Source of the DNA: Chloroflexota bacterium
GTDB lineage: Bacteria; Chloroflexota; Dehalococcoidia; Lucifugimonadales; GCA-002723415
Assembly: GCA_002721445.1 (NCBI GenBank)
Contig: PBKN01000012.1
Span: 8,362-72,361, forward strand
Direction of reading: 5' to 3'
DNA length: 64,000 nt
Every line of letters begins with the position of its first letter. Within the stretch, counting starts at the first letter, position 1. The position numbers and the translations under genes are program-made. A model generated the notes under the pieces. The model was not told the DNA's origin. It searched no databases and was given only the letters and a program-made list of their open reading frames with translations. Below, in pieces: positions 50,195 through 59,954 of the stretch.

Positions 50195-51058
50195 CTATAA
50201 CAAAATGCCTATAGCTGTACAACTAAATATTGTAATTGAAAAAAAAGAATTAAATTTAAAAAAAGCAATTTTTGAATTATTAATACCATTTATTACAATA
50301 ATATAATGTTTATAAAATAATATAAAAAATCCTAATATACATCCAATAAAATAAACTATCGATAATTCTGAGTATATACCTAGAATAATAAATAATATTA
50401 TTGAACTAATATCTAATATTCTGCAAATTAGTAAAGATTTCTTAATTCCAAAACGTCTTGCAATAGAGTGCAATCCATATTTTGAATGGAATTCAATATC
50501 TCCCATATGATAAATAATATCAAAGCTAGAAGCCCAAAAGAATATAGATAATGATAATAGCAATGGCTCAACATCTAAATTACCAGTAACTGCAATCCAA
50601 GAAGCTGATGGAGCGATTGATAAGGCACCTCCAAGTAAAAAACTTGACATCCAAGTATATCTTTTTGAATATGAATATAAAAAAACATATGCAGCTGCAA
50701 ATGGAGATAATATTAAAGTTGTTTTATTTATTTGTGAAGATATAAATAAAAATAAAATTAATGAAATAATAATTATAAAAATCATGTTATTAGTAGATAA
50801 TTTACCTAGAGGTAAATGTCTGTTTTGTTTACTAGGTATTAATTTATCAATATCTTTATCAATTAAACGGTTAGATGACATCCCAAAAGTTCTAACGCAA
50901 ATCATTGCTAAGGTAATCAAAAAGAATATATTTAAATCAGGTAAGCCTTTACTAGCCATCATCATACCCATATAAGCAAATGGTAATGCAAATATAGATT
51001 CTTGAATTTTTATTGCCTCGAATAAATATACTATTTTTGCAAAGTTAAAAACTTTCAA
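50195..51058 (-). CDS. UbiA-family prenyltransferase (4-hydroxybenzoate octaprenyltransferase / MqnP-like)
   Basis: 287 aa; SNRLIDKDIDKLIPSKQNRHLPLGKLS and DIIYHMGDIEFHSKYGLHSIARRFG Asp-rich motifs. Confidence 0.9.
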   Translation of the reverse strand: MKVFNFAKIVYLFEAIKIQESIFALPFAYMGMMMASKGLPDLNIFFLITLAMICVRTFGMSSNRLIDKDIDKLIPSKQNRHLPLGKLSTNNMIFIIIISLILFLFISSQINKTTLILSPFAAAYVFLYSYSKRYTWMSSFLLGGALSIAPSASWIAVTGNLDVEPLLLSLSIFFWASSFDIIYHMGDIEFHSKYGLHSIARRFGIKKSLLICRILDISSIILFIILGIYSELSIVYFIGCILGFFILFYKHYIIVINGINNSKIAFFKFNSFFSITIFSCTAIGILL

Positions 51059-51060
51059 TA

Positions 51061-52515
51061 CTATATCCTATAACTATGCCATTTTTGAGTAACAAGATTT
51101 TTTATATCCTGTTCCATAATAATCTCATCAGGCCATTCTTTCGTTCTTCCATCTTTTTTACCTTTTGTAGTTGCATCTAAACCAATTTTGCTTCCATATT
51201 TAGGAGTAGTGGTAGCATGATCTAAATCATCTGCGGGACCTTCTACTATTACCAAGTCAGTCGAAGGATTAATATTTGTGGAAACTCTCCATGCAACTTC
51301 AGACATGTCATGAACATTTACATAGCTATCAAGCACTATTATAGTCTTAGATAACATTAATAATCCAAGTCCCCATAATGCATACATGACTTTTCTAGCA
51401 TGGCCTGGGTAGGCTTTTTTAATAGAAACAATTAATATATTATGAAACGCTCCTTCAGCAGGCATATTGATGTCTACAATTTCAGGCAATGTCATTTGTA
51501 AAGCAGGAAACAATACCTTTGTTGAAGCAGACCCCATATAGTAATCCTCACTAGGAGGCCTGCCAACAATAGTTGTTAAATAAATTGGATTTTTCCTATG
51601 AGTAATTGCAGTCAAATGAAATACAGGATACTCATCTGCAGGAGAGTAATATCCTGTGTGATCTCCAAAAGGCCCTTCATTTCTAAGTTCTCCTGGAATA
51701 ACATATCCTTCTAATACATATTCAGAATAAGCAGGAACTTCTAAGTCAACAGTCTTACATTTAACCATACTGACAGATTTCCCACGTAATATACCTGATA
51801 CAACTATTTCGTCCATATTTGGAGGTATAGGTAATGACCCGGACCAAACAGTAGTCGGGTCTCCTCCTATAGAAATAGCTACTTCAATTTTTTTTATTTC
51901 ATTTTCTTCAGCTTGACGGTAATGTTGAGAACCTACTTTATGAGTTTGCCAATGCATACCTGAGGTTTTAGAATCAAAAATTTGCATTCTATATGTCCCA
52001 ACATTTCTACGTCCAGTCACAACATCTTTAGTAATTACTAATGGCAGAGTAATATATTTGCCAGCATCTAATGGCCAACATTTTAATGCGGGTAAAATAC
52101 TGAAATCAGCATCAGAGTCCAAATACACCACTTCCTGGCAAGGTGCTTGACTTATAATATTAGGTTTAGTTCTGGCTATACCAAATAAATTTTTCAAAAG
52201 ATTTATTTTATTCATCAAACCTTCTGGCGGACCTTCAACAAGATTTAATAAACCTCGGACTCTATCAGTAATTTCATTTATATTATTAACACCTAATGCC
52301 CATGCCATTCTCTGATGAGATCCAAAAATATTAATTAGTATAGGAACATCATAGCCTTCTACATTTTCAAATAATAATGCTGGTCCTTTATCTTTAACTA
52401 CTCTATCTACAATTTCAGTTATTTCAAGTTCTGGAGATACCTTTTCTGATATTCTACGTAGATCACCTTTATGATCAAGAAAATCAATAAATTGCCTTAT
52501 GTCATCAAATCTCAT
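51061..52515 (-). CDS. ubiD: UbiD-family prenylated-FMN decarboxylase (UbiD/MqnL-like)
   Basis: 484 aa; DLRQFIDFLDHKGDLRRI-like N-terminus, NVGTYRMQIFDSKTSGMHWQTHKVGSQHY, EGPFGDHTGYYSP, VVGRPPSEDYYMG. Confidence 0.93.
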   Translation of the reverse strand: MRFDDIRQFIDFLDHKGDLRRISEKVSPELEITEIVDRVVKDKGPALLFENVEGYDVPILINIFGSHQRMAWALGVNNINEITDRVRGLLNLVEGPPEGLMNKINLLKNLFGIARTKPNIISQAPCQEVVYLDSDADFSILPALKCWPLDAGKYITLPLVITKDVVTGRRNVGTYRMQIFDSKTSGMHWQTHKVGSQHYRQAEENEIKKIEVAISIGGDPTTVWSGSLPIPPNMDEIVVSGILRGKSVSMVKCKTVDLEVPAYSEYVLEGYVIPGELRNEGPFGDHTGYYSPADEYPVFHLTAITHRKNPIYLTTIVGRPPSEDYYMGSASTKVLFPALQMTLPEIVDINMPAEGAFHNILIVSIKKAYPGHARKVMYALWGLGLLMLSKTIIVLDSYVNVHDMSEVAWRVSTNINPSTDLVIVEGPADDLDHATTTPKYGSKIGLDATTKGKKDGRTKEWPDEIIMEQDIKNLVTQKWHSYRI

Positions 52516-52548
52516 ATTAACTAACCTTACCTTATAAATAGATATATA

Positions 52549-53679
52549 TTATTTTAAATTATTTTCTCTGATTTCAGAAGAAGTAATATCTTCACGAAAT
52601 TCAGATTCACTTATTGGGAAAAAAATATCTTTATAATAATTGTCAATCTTTATATCCTTCAAAGTAATAAATCGACCTTGATATTTACGACCTGCAACAT
52701 AAAATTTACAACCATTATTATAAATTTCCATAATTGATTTATGCATTAATCTTTCATTATTTTCATAGTATTTTTTATCAAATAATCTCATAGCAGTATC
52801 TATGCCAATTATAAAATTAGTTTCTTTAAATAACTCTGACTTCATATGAAATTTACTTGAATTAGTTATTAAAAGAGGATAATTATTTTTAAATTGTGAA
52901 ACTCTTAAATTTAGATCTTTTTCTAATAAATTAGATTTATCTACATTAGGAATAGATATCTCAAAGCATACATCACTACTAAATAAGGTTTTTGAAAATT
53001 TATAAAGTTCTATATGGCCTTTATGTAAAGGATTAAATGATCCGGATATTATAGCACTAGGTTTCAAAAAATTATTAATAATTTCACCATTTATATCTAT
53101 TAATATGCTTTTAAGATGATTATTACTCAAAGATTCAAAGTAACTACCGTACTCTTTTTTGTTTATATTAATATCTTTTGACTCTAAGCTTTGTCTATTA
53201 TTATAAAAATCATTTATTGCTTTAATAACACAATTACTAATTATGTTCTCATAATAATTCCTGCTTAAAGATTGATTTTGAAAATTAATTTCATATTTGA
53301 TTAATCCCATTGAATGGTATATTGCGATATAGCTCTTAATCTCACCTTTTTTATTATAATATGTTGGCAATGTTGCGGTTATACTAACGCCTAATATATT
53401 ACTATTATCATTAAATTTTAATTTTAAAGCACGATCATAAGCTTTTTTAGCCATTAATTCTGCAGTTTCAGGACTTACATATTTTTCAGGCTTTAAACCT
53501 AAAAAATCATCTAATGAATTATTCGAATAAGGAATTATTATTTCTAATACTGTCTTTGAAGACCCAGGTATTGACAATATTCTATCAATTGCCCTACCTC
53601 CTGCTCCTGCAAAAACCAAAACAAATTCAATATTAGAATCATGCAGATTTTTAACATCATTTAATATATCCTCTTCCAT
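52549..53679 (-). CDS. CinA-C/PncC-like N-terminal domain fused to a nucleotidyltransferase-like C-terminal domain
   Basis: 376 aa; AGAGGRAIDRILSIPGSS...FLGLKPEKYVSPETAELMAKKAYDRAL (CinA-C-like), then AIISGSFNPLHKGHIELYK (nucleotidyltransferase HxGH) and ISESEFREDITSSEIRENN. Confidence 0.72.
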   Translation of the reverse strand: MEEDILNDVKNLHDSNIEFVLVFAGAGGRAIDRILSIPGSSKTVLEIIIPYSNNSLDDFLGLKPEKYVSPETAELMAKKAYDRALKLKFNDNSNILGVSITATLPTYYNKKGEIKSYIAIYHSMGLIKYEINFQNQSLSRNYYENIISNCVIKAINDFYNNRQSLESKDININKKEYGSYFESLSNNHLKSILIDINGEIINNFLKPSAIISGSFNPLHKGHIELYKFSKTLFSSDVCFEISIPNVDKSNLLEKDLNLRVSQFKNNYPLLITNSSKFHMKSELFKETNFIIGIDTAMRLFDKKYYENNERLMHKSIMEIYNNGCKFYVAGRKYQGRFITLKDIKIDNYYKDIFFPISESEFREDITSSEIRENNLK

Positions 53680-53701
53680 GAATTAATTTTCTTTCTGAAA
53701 T

Positions 53702-54619
53702 TTATTTTTTAATACTTCTTACTACTTCTAAAATACCTTGATCTAATAAGGTTTTCGGTTCCCATCTTAATATTTCATTTGCTTTTTTTATACTTAAGCT
53801 TACTCTCTCAGCTTCACCTTTTCTAATATTAGCAAAACTTGGCTCCACATCAATTCCAATACTATTACGCACACTAGAAAATATTTCAAAATCTGAAATT
53901 TCTTTTCCTGAAGCCAAATTAAATGTTTGATTATCGCCAGCCACATCCAATACATTTAAATTTGCCATTACTATATCATTGACAAATACATAGTCCCTAG
54001 TCTTATTTCCATCACCGTAAATTACTGGCCGAATACCATTTAACATTTGTCCTGTAAATATTGATACTACTCCAGCTTCACCAAGTGGATTTTGACGAGG
54101 CCCAAATACATTACCGTAGCGAAAAATTGTATATTTAAGATGGCTTGATTTCGAAAAAAATCTAATATAATTTTCAGCAGTGTATTTACTCAATCCATAT
54201 ATAGACTTAGGATCTATAGGATGCTCTTCATCCATAGGTAAATAAGAAGGTTCTGAATATACTGCACAAGTAGAAGAAAAAACTATTTTTTTTACTTTAT
54301 AAGTTAAACATAAATTTAATATATTTAATGTGCCAATAACATTTGTAGAAACATCATTAGTAGGACTTTCTTCTGACAAACGTACACTAGTCTGCGCAGC
54401 ATGATGACTAACTAAATCTGGTTTTTCAAATTCAAATATTGATTTAAGTTTAAAAGAATCTAATATGTCAACTTCATAGAAATTAGCAGCTTTATTTACA
54501 TTATAAATGTCTCCAGTAGATAAATTATCAAGAACACTTACCTTATGACCAGCGCTAATTAATGCATCAACTAAATGTGAAGCAATAAATCCTGCTCCAC
54601 CTGTAATTAATATTTTCAT
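53702..54619 (-). CDS. NAD-dependent epimerase/dehydratase (UDP-glucose 4-epimerase-like)
   Basis: 305 aa; KILITGGAGFIASHLVDALI, HHAAQTSVRLSEESP, IYGLSKYTAENYIRFFS, RYGNVFGPRQNPLGEAGVV. Confidence 0.93.
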   Translation of the reverse strand: MKILITGGAGFIASHLVDALISAGHKVSVLDNLSTGDIYNVNKAANFYEVDILDSFKLKSIFEFEKPDLVSHHAAQTSVRLSEESPTNDVSTNVIGTLNILNLCLTYKVKKIVFSSTCAVYSEPSYLPMDEEHPIDPKSIYGLSKYTAENYIRFFSKSSHLKYTIFRYGNVFGPRQNPLGEAGVVSIFTGQMLNGIRPVIYGDGNKTRDYVFVNDIVMANLNVLDVAGDNQTFNLASGKEISDFEIFSSVRNSIGIDVEPSFANIRKGEAERVSLSIKKANEILRWEPKTLLDQGILEVVRSIKK

Positions 54620-54636
54620 GATTACTCCACTTGCAA

Positions 54637-55164
54637 TTATACAAGATTAATTAATCTTGTAGATAAAATAGACTTTATAAATAGCATAATAACCATACTC
54701 ATTAAAATAAATAAAACTGAAAACCAGCTCCATTCATTTTGTAAACATATACCTAATATCGTCCCTGCTGCAGGAGGATGTTCGGTATCTGTAATTACCA
54801 TTATAAAAATTGTTAATACGACTAATACCGCTACCAAAATGTCCCTAAATAAAGTAGATGATTCATATAAACCGTTTAACCCCACAAATGTAAGAACCAT
54901 CATAAATAAACCTCCTGTAATTATTGCAATAGTATGTCCTCCAATTACTCTTCGCACATTAGAAACAGTAGACTTTGGCATTACAAATATAGTGAAAGCA
55001 GATGATGCAACAGCTATAACAATTGGTGCTCTTAAAACTACATCACCTAATAACAATAATATAATAAAAATTGGTATACAGATCCCGATTTGAAAAATAT
55101 ACCTTAACGGATTCAATAAGAATTTATCATCAAAAACGTTGCTATTCAGATTAAATTTCTTCAA
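54637..55164 (-). CDS. HPP-family membrane protein
   Basis: 175 aa; ASSAFTIFVMPKSTVSNVRRVIGGHTIAI, ITDTEHPPAAGTILGI. Confidence 0.85.
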   Translation of the reverse strand: MKKFNLNSNVFDDKFLLNPLRYIFQIGICIPIFIILLLLGDVVLRAPIVIAVASSAFTIFVMPKSTVSNVRRVIGGHTIAIITGGLFMMVLTFVGLNGLYESSTLFRDILVAVLVVLTIFIMVITDTEHPPAAGTILGICLQNEWSWFSVLFILMSMVIMLFIKSILSTRLINLV

Positions 55165-55279
55165 ATATACACCTTTTAATAGAGTTCACTAATTACTATT
55201 TTGCTATATTATATATAAATGATACATATATATATATATTTTTTAAACCTATTATAAAATCTATATATCCGAGTAAAAA

Positions 55280-56719
55280 ATGAGTACAGAGTGGAAACCT
55301 AAACCCGGCGATAAAGTAATACGTCATCCTAGAGAAGAACAAATTAGGCCTATCAGCCTAAAACTATCTTCTCGAAAAGTAAATTCCAGAGTATTCGCAT
55401 CTCCACTTTTATTAATATACCTGTTTGCTTCATTAATATTTTCCGGTACCATATTATTAATGCTACCTATTTCTAATGCAAATTCAGAAATCACGCCTTT
55501 TATTGATGCATTATACACTGCGACTTCTGCTGTTACAGTTACAGGCCTAATATTACATAATACAGGACAATATTGGAGCACATTTGGACAAGCAGTAATA
55601 CTATTCATGATATTTACTGGTGGCTTAGGTTTTATGAGTTTAGCAACTTTTTTGTTGGTCCTAGTAGGTCAAAAAGTTACTCTTTCCCAAAAATTATTAG
55701 TTAGAGAAAGTATTACCTCAGATAATTCTTTACAAATAGGAGGATTAGTTCAAATCACTATCAGAATAGTTATATTAGCAGTATTTATACAATTTATTGG
55801 ATTTCTATTCTTATTATTAAAATATTCTCTAGATTATTCTCTTCAAGAAGCATCATGGCTGGCTATTTTTCATTCAGTTTCAGGCTTTAATAACGCTGGA
55901 TTTATATTGTTTTCAGAAACTGATATAAATTCATACTTAAAAAATGATTATTATTTTACATGGGTAATTAATGTATTAAGTATATTAGGTTCTATAGGGT
56001 TTTGGGTAATAGTTGATGTAATAAAAAATAAAAATTTTCAGCCTCTACAACTAACTTCGAAAATAGTAATTCTGTCTACATTTATTGTTATATTTATGAG
56101 TGGAATATTTTTCTTTTCTTCCGAATACAATAATGAAAAAACCATTGGAGATATGAATATCCCTGATAAAATCCATCATTCACTATTTGAATCTATAAGT
56201 GGAAGAACTGCTGGTTTTTCTACTATTGATTTTAATGAAACTAATTCTGCCACTAAATTTTTCTTCAGTGGAATGATGATAATTGGAGGCGCTTCAGGAT
56301 CAACAGCAAGTGGATTAAAGATTAATACTGTAGCTATTATAATTATTGCAGTAATATGCACACTAAAAGGTCAAAACAGGATTACTTCCTTCAAGCGTGA
56401 AATTTCTATTCAATTAGTAAAAAAAGCAATAGTAATTTGTGTACCAAGTATATTAATTCTTTTTACATTAATGATTATTTTAATGATATTCGAACCAAAT
56501 TTTTTATTTATTAACACTTTTTTTGAAGTACATTCAGCATTTGCAAATGTTGGACTTACAACAGGAATCAGTGGAAAAATATCTCCACTTGGAGATATAA
56601 TTATAATAATATCAATGTTTTTGGGTCGTATTGTACCACTAGCCATTGCATTTCTTATTACAATTCAAAATGAATATGAAACATTTAGATATCCTAATGA
56701 AAGAATAACAATTGGATAA
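55280..56719 (+). CDS. trkH: Trk/Ktr K+ uptake membrane subunit
   Basis: 479 aa; ALYTATSAVTVTGLIL, FHSVSGFNNAGFIL, FESISGRTAGFSTI, MIIGGASGSTASGLKINT, GRIVPLAIAF. Confidence 0.94.
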   Translation: MSTEWKPKPGDKVIRHPREEQIRPISLKLSSRKVNSRVFASPLLLIYLFASLIFSGTILLMLPISNANSEITPFIDALYTATSAVTVTGLILHNTGQYWSTFGQAVILFMIFTGGLGFMSLATFLLVLVGQKVTLSQKLLVRESITSDNSLQIGGLVQITIRIVILAVFIQFIGFLFLLLKYSLDYSLQEASWLAIFHSVSGFNNAGFILFSETDINSYLKNDYYFTWVINVLSILGSIGFWVIVDVIKNKNFQPLQLTSKIVILSTFIVIFMSGIFFFSSEYNNEKTIGDMNIPDKIHHSLFESISGRTAGFSTIDFNETNSATKFFFSGMMIIGGASGSTASGLKINTVAIIIIAVICTLKGQNRITSFKREISIQLVKKAIVICVPSILILFTLMIILMIFEPNFLFINTFFEVHSAFANVGLTTGISGKISPLGDIIIIISMFLGRIVPLAIAFLITIQNEYETFRYPNERITIG

Positions 56720-56749
56720 TTATAAAAACAATTTATTAAAGGTGACAAA

Positions 56750-57415
56750 ATGAAAAAACAAGTATTAGTAATAGGACTTGGAAGATTTGGTTCAAGCGTT
56801 GTTAGATCACTTTATAATACAGGTAATGATGTATTAGCTATTGATATTGAGGGTTCAAGAGTTGCTAATATTATGACCCAAGCTACCCATGCACTCACTG
56901 CTGATGCAACGAATGAAACCGTTTTAAAAGATTTAGGAGTTCAAGATTATGATGCAGCTATAGTTGCAATCGGCTCCAATATTGTACCTAGTATAATGGC
57001 ATCAGTTTTACTAAAAACAATGGGTGTCCCATACATAGTTGCAAGAGCATCTAATGAATTACATGGAAACACTCTAGAAAGAATTGGAGTTGATAAAATA
57101 ATTCATGCAGAAAATGAAATGGGAGTTAGGTTAGGCCATAATTTATTTAATCCTAATGTACAAGAATATTTGGAAGTAACTCCAAGTTACGGAATCAGTA
57201 AAATGAAAATACCTACAAATTTTATAGATAAAACTCTAAAGGAATTAGGTTTTTCAAATCCTAGGGACAAATACGGACTAGCAGTTATTGCTATACGTAG
57301 AAGCGATACAGACATAACATTAAACCCAGATATAAATGACCGTTTACAAGCTGGCGATTGGTTGATTTTTGCTGGAAAAGATGAGTTAATTGATCAGATT
57401 GAAATCGCTGATTGA
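56750..57415 (+). CDS. trkA: TrkA/KtrA K+ uptake regulatory protein (RCK_N + RCK_C)
   Basis: 221 aa; VLVIGLGRFGSSVVRSLYNTGNDVLAIDIE, C-terminal LNPDINDRLQAGDWLIFAGKDELIDQI. Confidence 0.93.
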   Translation: MKKQVLVIGLGRFGSSVVRSLYNTGNDVLAIDIEGSRVANIMTQATHALTADATNETVLKDLGVQDYDAAIVAIGSNIVPSIMASVLLKTMGVPYIVARASNELHGNTLERIGVDKIIHAENEMGVRLGHNLFNPNVQEYLEVTPSYGISKMKIPTNFIDKTLKELGFSNPRDKYGLAVIAIRRSDTDITLNPDINDRLQAGDWLIFAGKDELIDQIEIAD

Positions 57416-57452
57416 TTAAACTAAAATTTATAATTAAGTATCAGGTGCTAAT

Positions 57453-57872
57453 ATTTCTCCTTTATTAATTTACGTACAAGGAAACGAATTCGACAAAGAG
57501 CTCTTAGATATAGCTTTTAATAACTTGAACCCAAATGAAGATGTTATTCATTTAATATATGTTATTGAAATGGATCGAACCTTACCAATTGACTCAGAAA
57601 TACCTCCACTTACAGCTAAGGGCGAAAATACTTTGAAAAACCTTGAATTCCTTGCAAAAAGATTAAAATTTAATGTTGAAGGTCATTTAGTGCAATCTAG
57701 AGATATTGGCTCTGCAATAATTCAAGAATCATTCGAAAAAAATATAAATACAATAATTATAGAATTACAAAAAAATGAAATAAATGATTACTACCCTTTA
57801 AACAAAATGGCTGAATATTTGTTAATAAATTCAAAATGCCAGGTAATACTAGTTAAACCAAGATCCGCTTAA
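57453..57872 (+). CDS. UspA-like protein; start proposed at a non-canonical ATT 57453 (track ORF starts at TTG 57525)
   Basis: Frame is open upstream to the TAA at 57435-57437 and encodes SPLLIYVQGNEFDKELLDIAFNNL, matching the first beta-alpha unit of a Usp fold. C-terminus LINSKCQVILVKPR. Confidence 0.6.
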   Translation: MSPLLIYVQGNEFDKELLDIAFNNLNPNEDVIHLIYVIEMDRTLPIDSEIPPLTAKGENTLKNLEFLAKRLKFNVEGHLVQSRDIGSAIIQESFEKNINTIIIELQKNEINDYYPLNKMAEYLLINSKCQVILVKPRSA

Positions 57873-57898
57873 AATATATAAGTTAGGAATAGATTAAT

Positions 57899-58333
57899 AT
57901 GTCACAAATCAACATGATGTCTAAGGTCTCTATTATAGGCTGTGGTAATTCTGGATCTAAAATTGCAATTAATTTCGCTAATATTGGTTATCAAATAGAC
58001 ATAATAGACATAAATTACAAAAACCTTATGAAACTACCTCAAAATTTAATTTCAGAAGGTTATTTAAATCCTATGGTAGGAAATGCAATGAATATATTAG
58101 AACTCAAAAACCTAATTGACCCAGATTGTAATACTTGTATAATATTAACAGGTAATGATTCTACTAATGCTTTAATTTCTCAAATCTTCAAAAATGAATT
58201 TAATATATCTAAGATTATATGTAAAATTAATGACCAAATAACTAATGAACTATATTCAAATTTAGGATTTATTACTATAAACCAAAATGACTTATTCAAT
58301 AAAAAACTATTAGATCTATTTGAGAGCAATTAA
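57899..58333 (+). CDS. RCK_N (TrkA-N) domain protein without an evident RCK_C domain
   Basis: 144 aa; VSIIGCGNSGSKIAINFANIGYQIDIIDI Rossmann motif. Confidence 0.82.
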   Translation: MSQINMMSKVSIIGCGNSGSKIAINFANIGYQIDIIDINYKNLMKLPQNLISEGYLNPMVGNAMNILELKNLIDPDCNTCIILTGNDSTNALISQIFKNEFNISKIICKINDQITNELYSNLGFITINQNDLFNKKLLDLFESN

Positions 58334-58762
58334 ATGTACGTTATTATTTTAGGTGCAGGTAAAATTGGATATTCTATAGCAGAAATATTAATTAGTAATC
58401 AACACGAAGTAGCAGTAATTGATTCTAACAAATCTAAATGTGAATATATTGATAATACATTAGGCAGTATTAGTGTATTAGGAGATCAATCTTTATCAAA
58501 TTCATTATTAAAAGCAGGAATAACGAGAGCAGATTTATTTATTGCTACTACAAAAAATGATTCTGAAAATATGCTATCATGTCAATTAGCTAAAGATTAT
58601 TATAATGCCAAATTTACTTTAAGTATTACCCATTCAAAAGAAATAAGCCGTTTGTTGGAAACGATAAATATAAACTATACTATAAATGTTAATCAACACA
58701 TAACAAACGAATTAATATCAAAAATAAAATTACTGGGAATTAATATAAATACAAAAAACTAA
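58334..58762 (+). CDS. RCK_N (TrkA-N) domain protein without an evident RCK_C domain
   Basis: 142 aa; VIILGAGKIGYSIAEILISNQHEVAVIDSN, ISVLGDQSLSNSLLKAGITRADLFIATTKND. Start immediately follows the preceding stop. Confidence 0.85.
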   Translation: MYVIILGAGKIGYSIAEILISNQHEVAVIDSNKSKCEYIDNTLGSISVLGDQSLSNSLLKAGITRADLFIATTKNDSENMLSCQLAKDYYNAKFTLSITHSKEISRLLETININYTINVNQHITNELISKIKLLGININTKN

Positions 58763-59586
58763 TGAATAAATTAGCATTTTTAGGACCTATAGGATCTTTT
58801 TCACAAGAAGCTGCAATAAGTTACAACAAGAACCTAGAGCTTTTAAGCTGTAATTCAATTCCTCAAGTAATTGAAAAAGTTAAAAATGGTTTAGCCAACG
58901 AAGCTATATTGCCAATTGAAAACAGTATTGAAGGATCAGTAACTTCAACTATAGATTTATTAATCCAAGAAACTAAATTAAAAATCAAAACTGAAATTGT
59001 AATTCCTATAGAACATTGTCTTTTAATAAAAGATGAAACCAAATTAGAAAATATTCAACATGTCTATTCTCATCCTCAAGCCTTATCACAATGCAGAAAA
59101 TTTTTAACAGATAATACACCTAATGCAGAATTAATTGCATCATTAAGTACATCTAACGCAGTTGAAGAAATGAAAAAATCAAAATATATTTCTGCAGCTA
59201 TTGCTAATCAAAAATGTGCTTCAATATATAATGTAAAAGTGATATCAAAAAAAATTAGTGATAACAAAAACAATTACACAAGATTTATTATTTTGTCAGA
59301 TAGAGATAATAAAAATACCGGAAAAGATAAAACATCAATCTGCTTTGATTTTTCTAATGATTCTCCAGGAATTCTTTATATGGTTTTAGAAAAATTTGCA
59401 AAACAAAACATTAACCTAACAAAAATAGAATCTAGGCCAAGCAAAACTAATCTAGGAAATTATATATTTCTTATAGACCTTGAGGGGCATAGATCAGATG
59501 AAATTGTTAATAAGTGTTTTAATCAAGTTAAACCACTAGTGTCAATGTTCAAAATATTAGGTTCATATCCAAAATTTAATATATAA
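58762..59586 (+). CDS. pheA: Prephenate dehydratase
   Basis: 274 aa; LAFLGPIGSFSQEAA, ILPIENSIEGSVTSTIDLL, HVYSHPQALSQCRKFL, NLTKIESRPSKTNLGNYIFLIDLEGH. Confidence 0.95.
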   Translation: MNKLAFLGPIGSFSQEAAISYNKNLELLSCNSIPQVIEKVKNGLANEAILPIENSIEGSVTSTIDLLIQETKLKIKTEIVIPIEHCLLIKDETKLENIQHVYSHPQALSQCRKFLTDNTPNAELIASLSTSNAVEEMKKSKYISAAIANQKCASIYNVKVISKKISDNKNNYTRFIILSDRDNKNTGKDKTSICFDFSNDSPGILYMVLEKFAKQNINLTKIESRPSKTNLGNYIFLIDLEGHRSDEIVNKCFNQVKPLVSMFKILGSYPKFNI

Positions 59587-59591
59587 AAAAA

Positions 59592-59954
59592 TTAAATTGA
59601 CTTAGTTTGATCTCTTTCAGTATCTAAATCAATTTCATCAATCTCTGAAAATAAATCAACTTCGCTTTGAGTTAAATCGTTATCTATTGTTTTTTGTTTT
59701 TTTATTTGGTCATTTAGGCTTTCTACTACTGGGGAAATTACATCCTTTAACTCATCTACTACAGGGCTTAAACCTTCCTTCAAAATAGCTGCCAATTCTT
59801 CTCCCCTAGACTTCCAAATTTCACTTTGTTCAGCCAATTCAACACGAGTTTCAGATCCAGGCTTTGGGGCAATTAATATCCCCAAAACAGTTCCAACTAA
59901 ACCTCCAAACATAAATCCTAACATTGAAGAGCCTCCATTATCTTTTTTAGCCAT
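59592..59954 (-). CDS. YtxH-domain protein (track ORF extends to 60026; probable start MAKKDNGG)
   Basis: MLGFMFGGLVGTVLGILIAPKPGSETR membrane/glycine-rich YtxH signature. Proposed start overlaps the upstream gene stop by 8 nt. Confidence 0.78.
   Translation of the reverse strand: MAKKDNGGSSMLGFMFGGLVGTVLGILIAPKPGSETRVELAEQSEIWKSRGEELAAILKEGLSPVVDELKDVISPVVESLNDQIKKQKTIDNDLTQSEVDLFSEIDEIDLDTERDQTKSI

Noticed and set aside
55324-56646. Minus-strand ORFs inside trkH (94, 61 and 78 aa)
   Set aside because: Antisense to conserved trkH; considered spurious.
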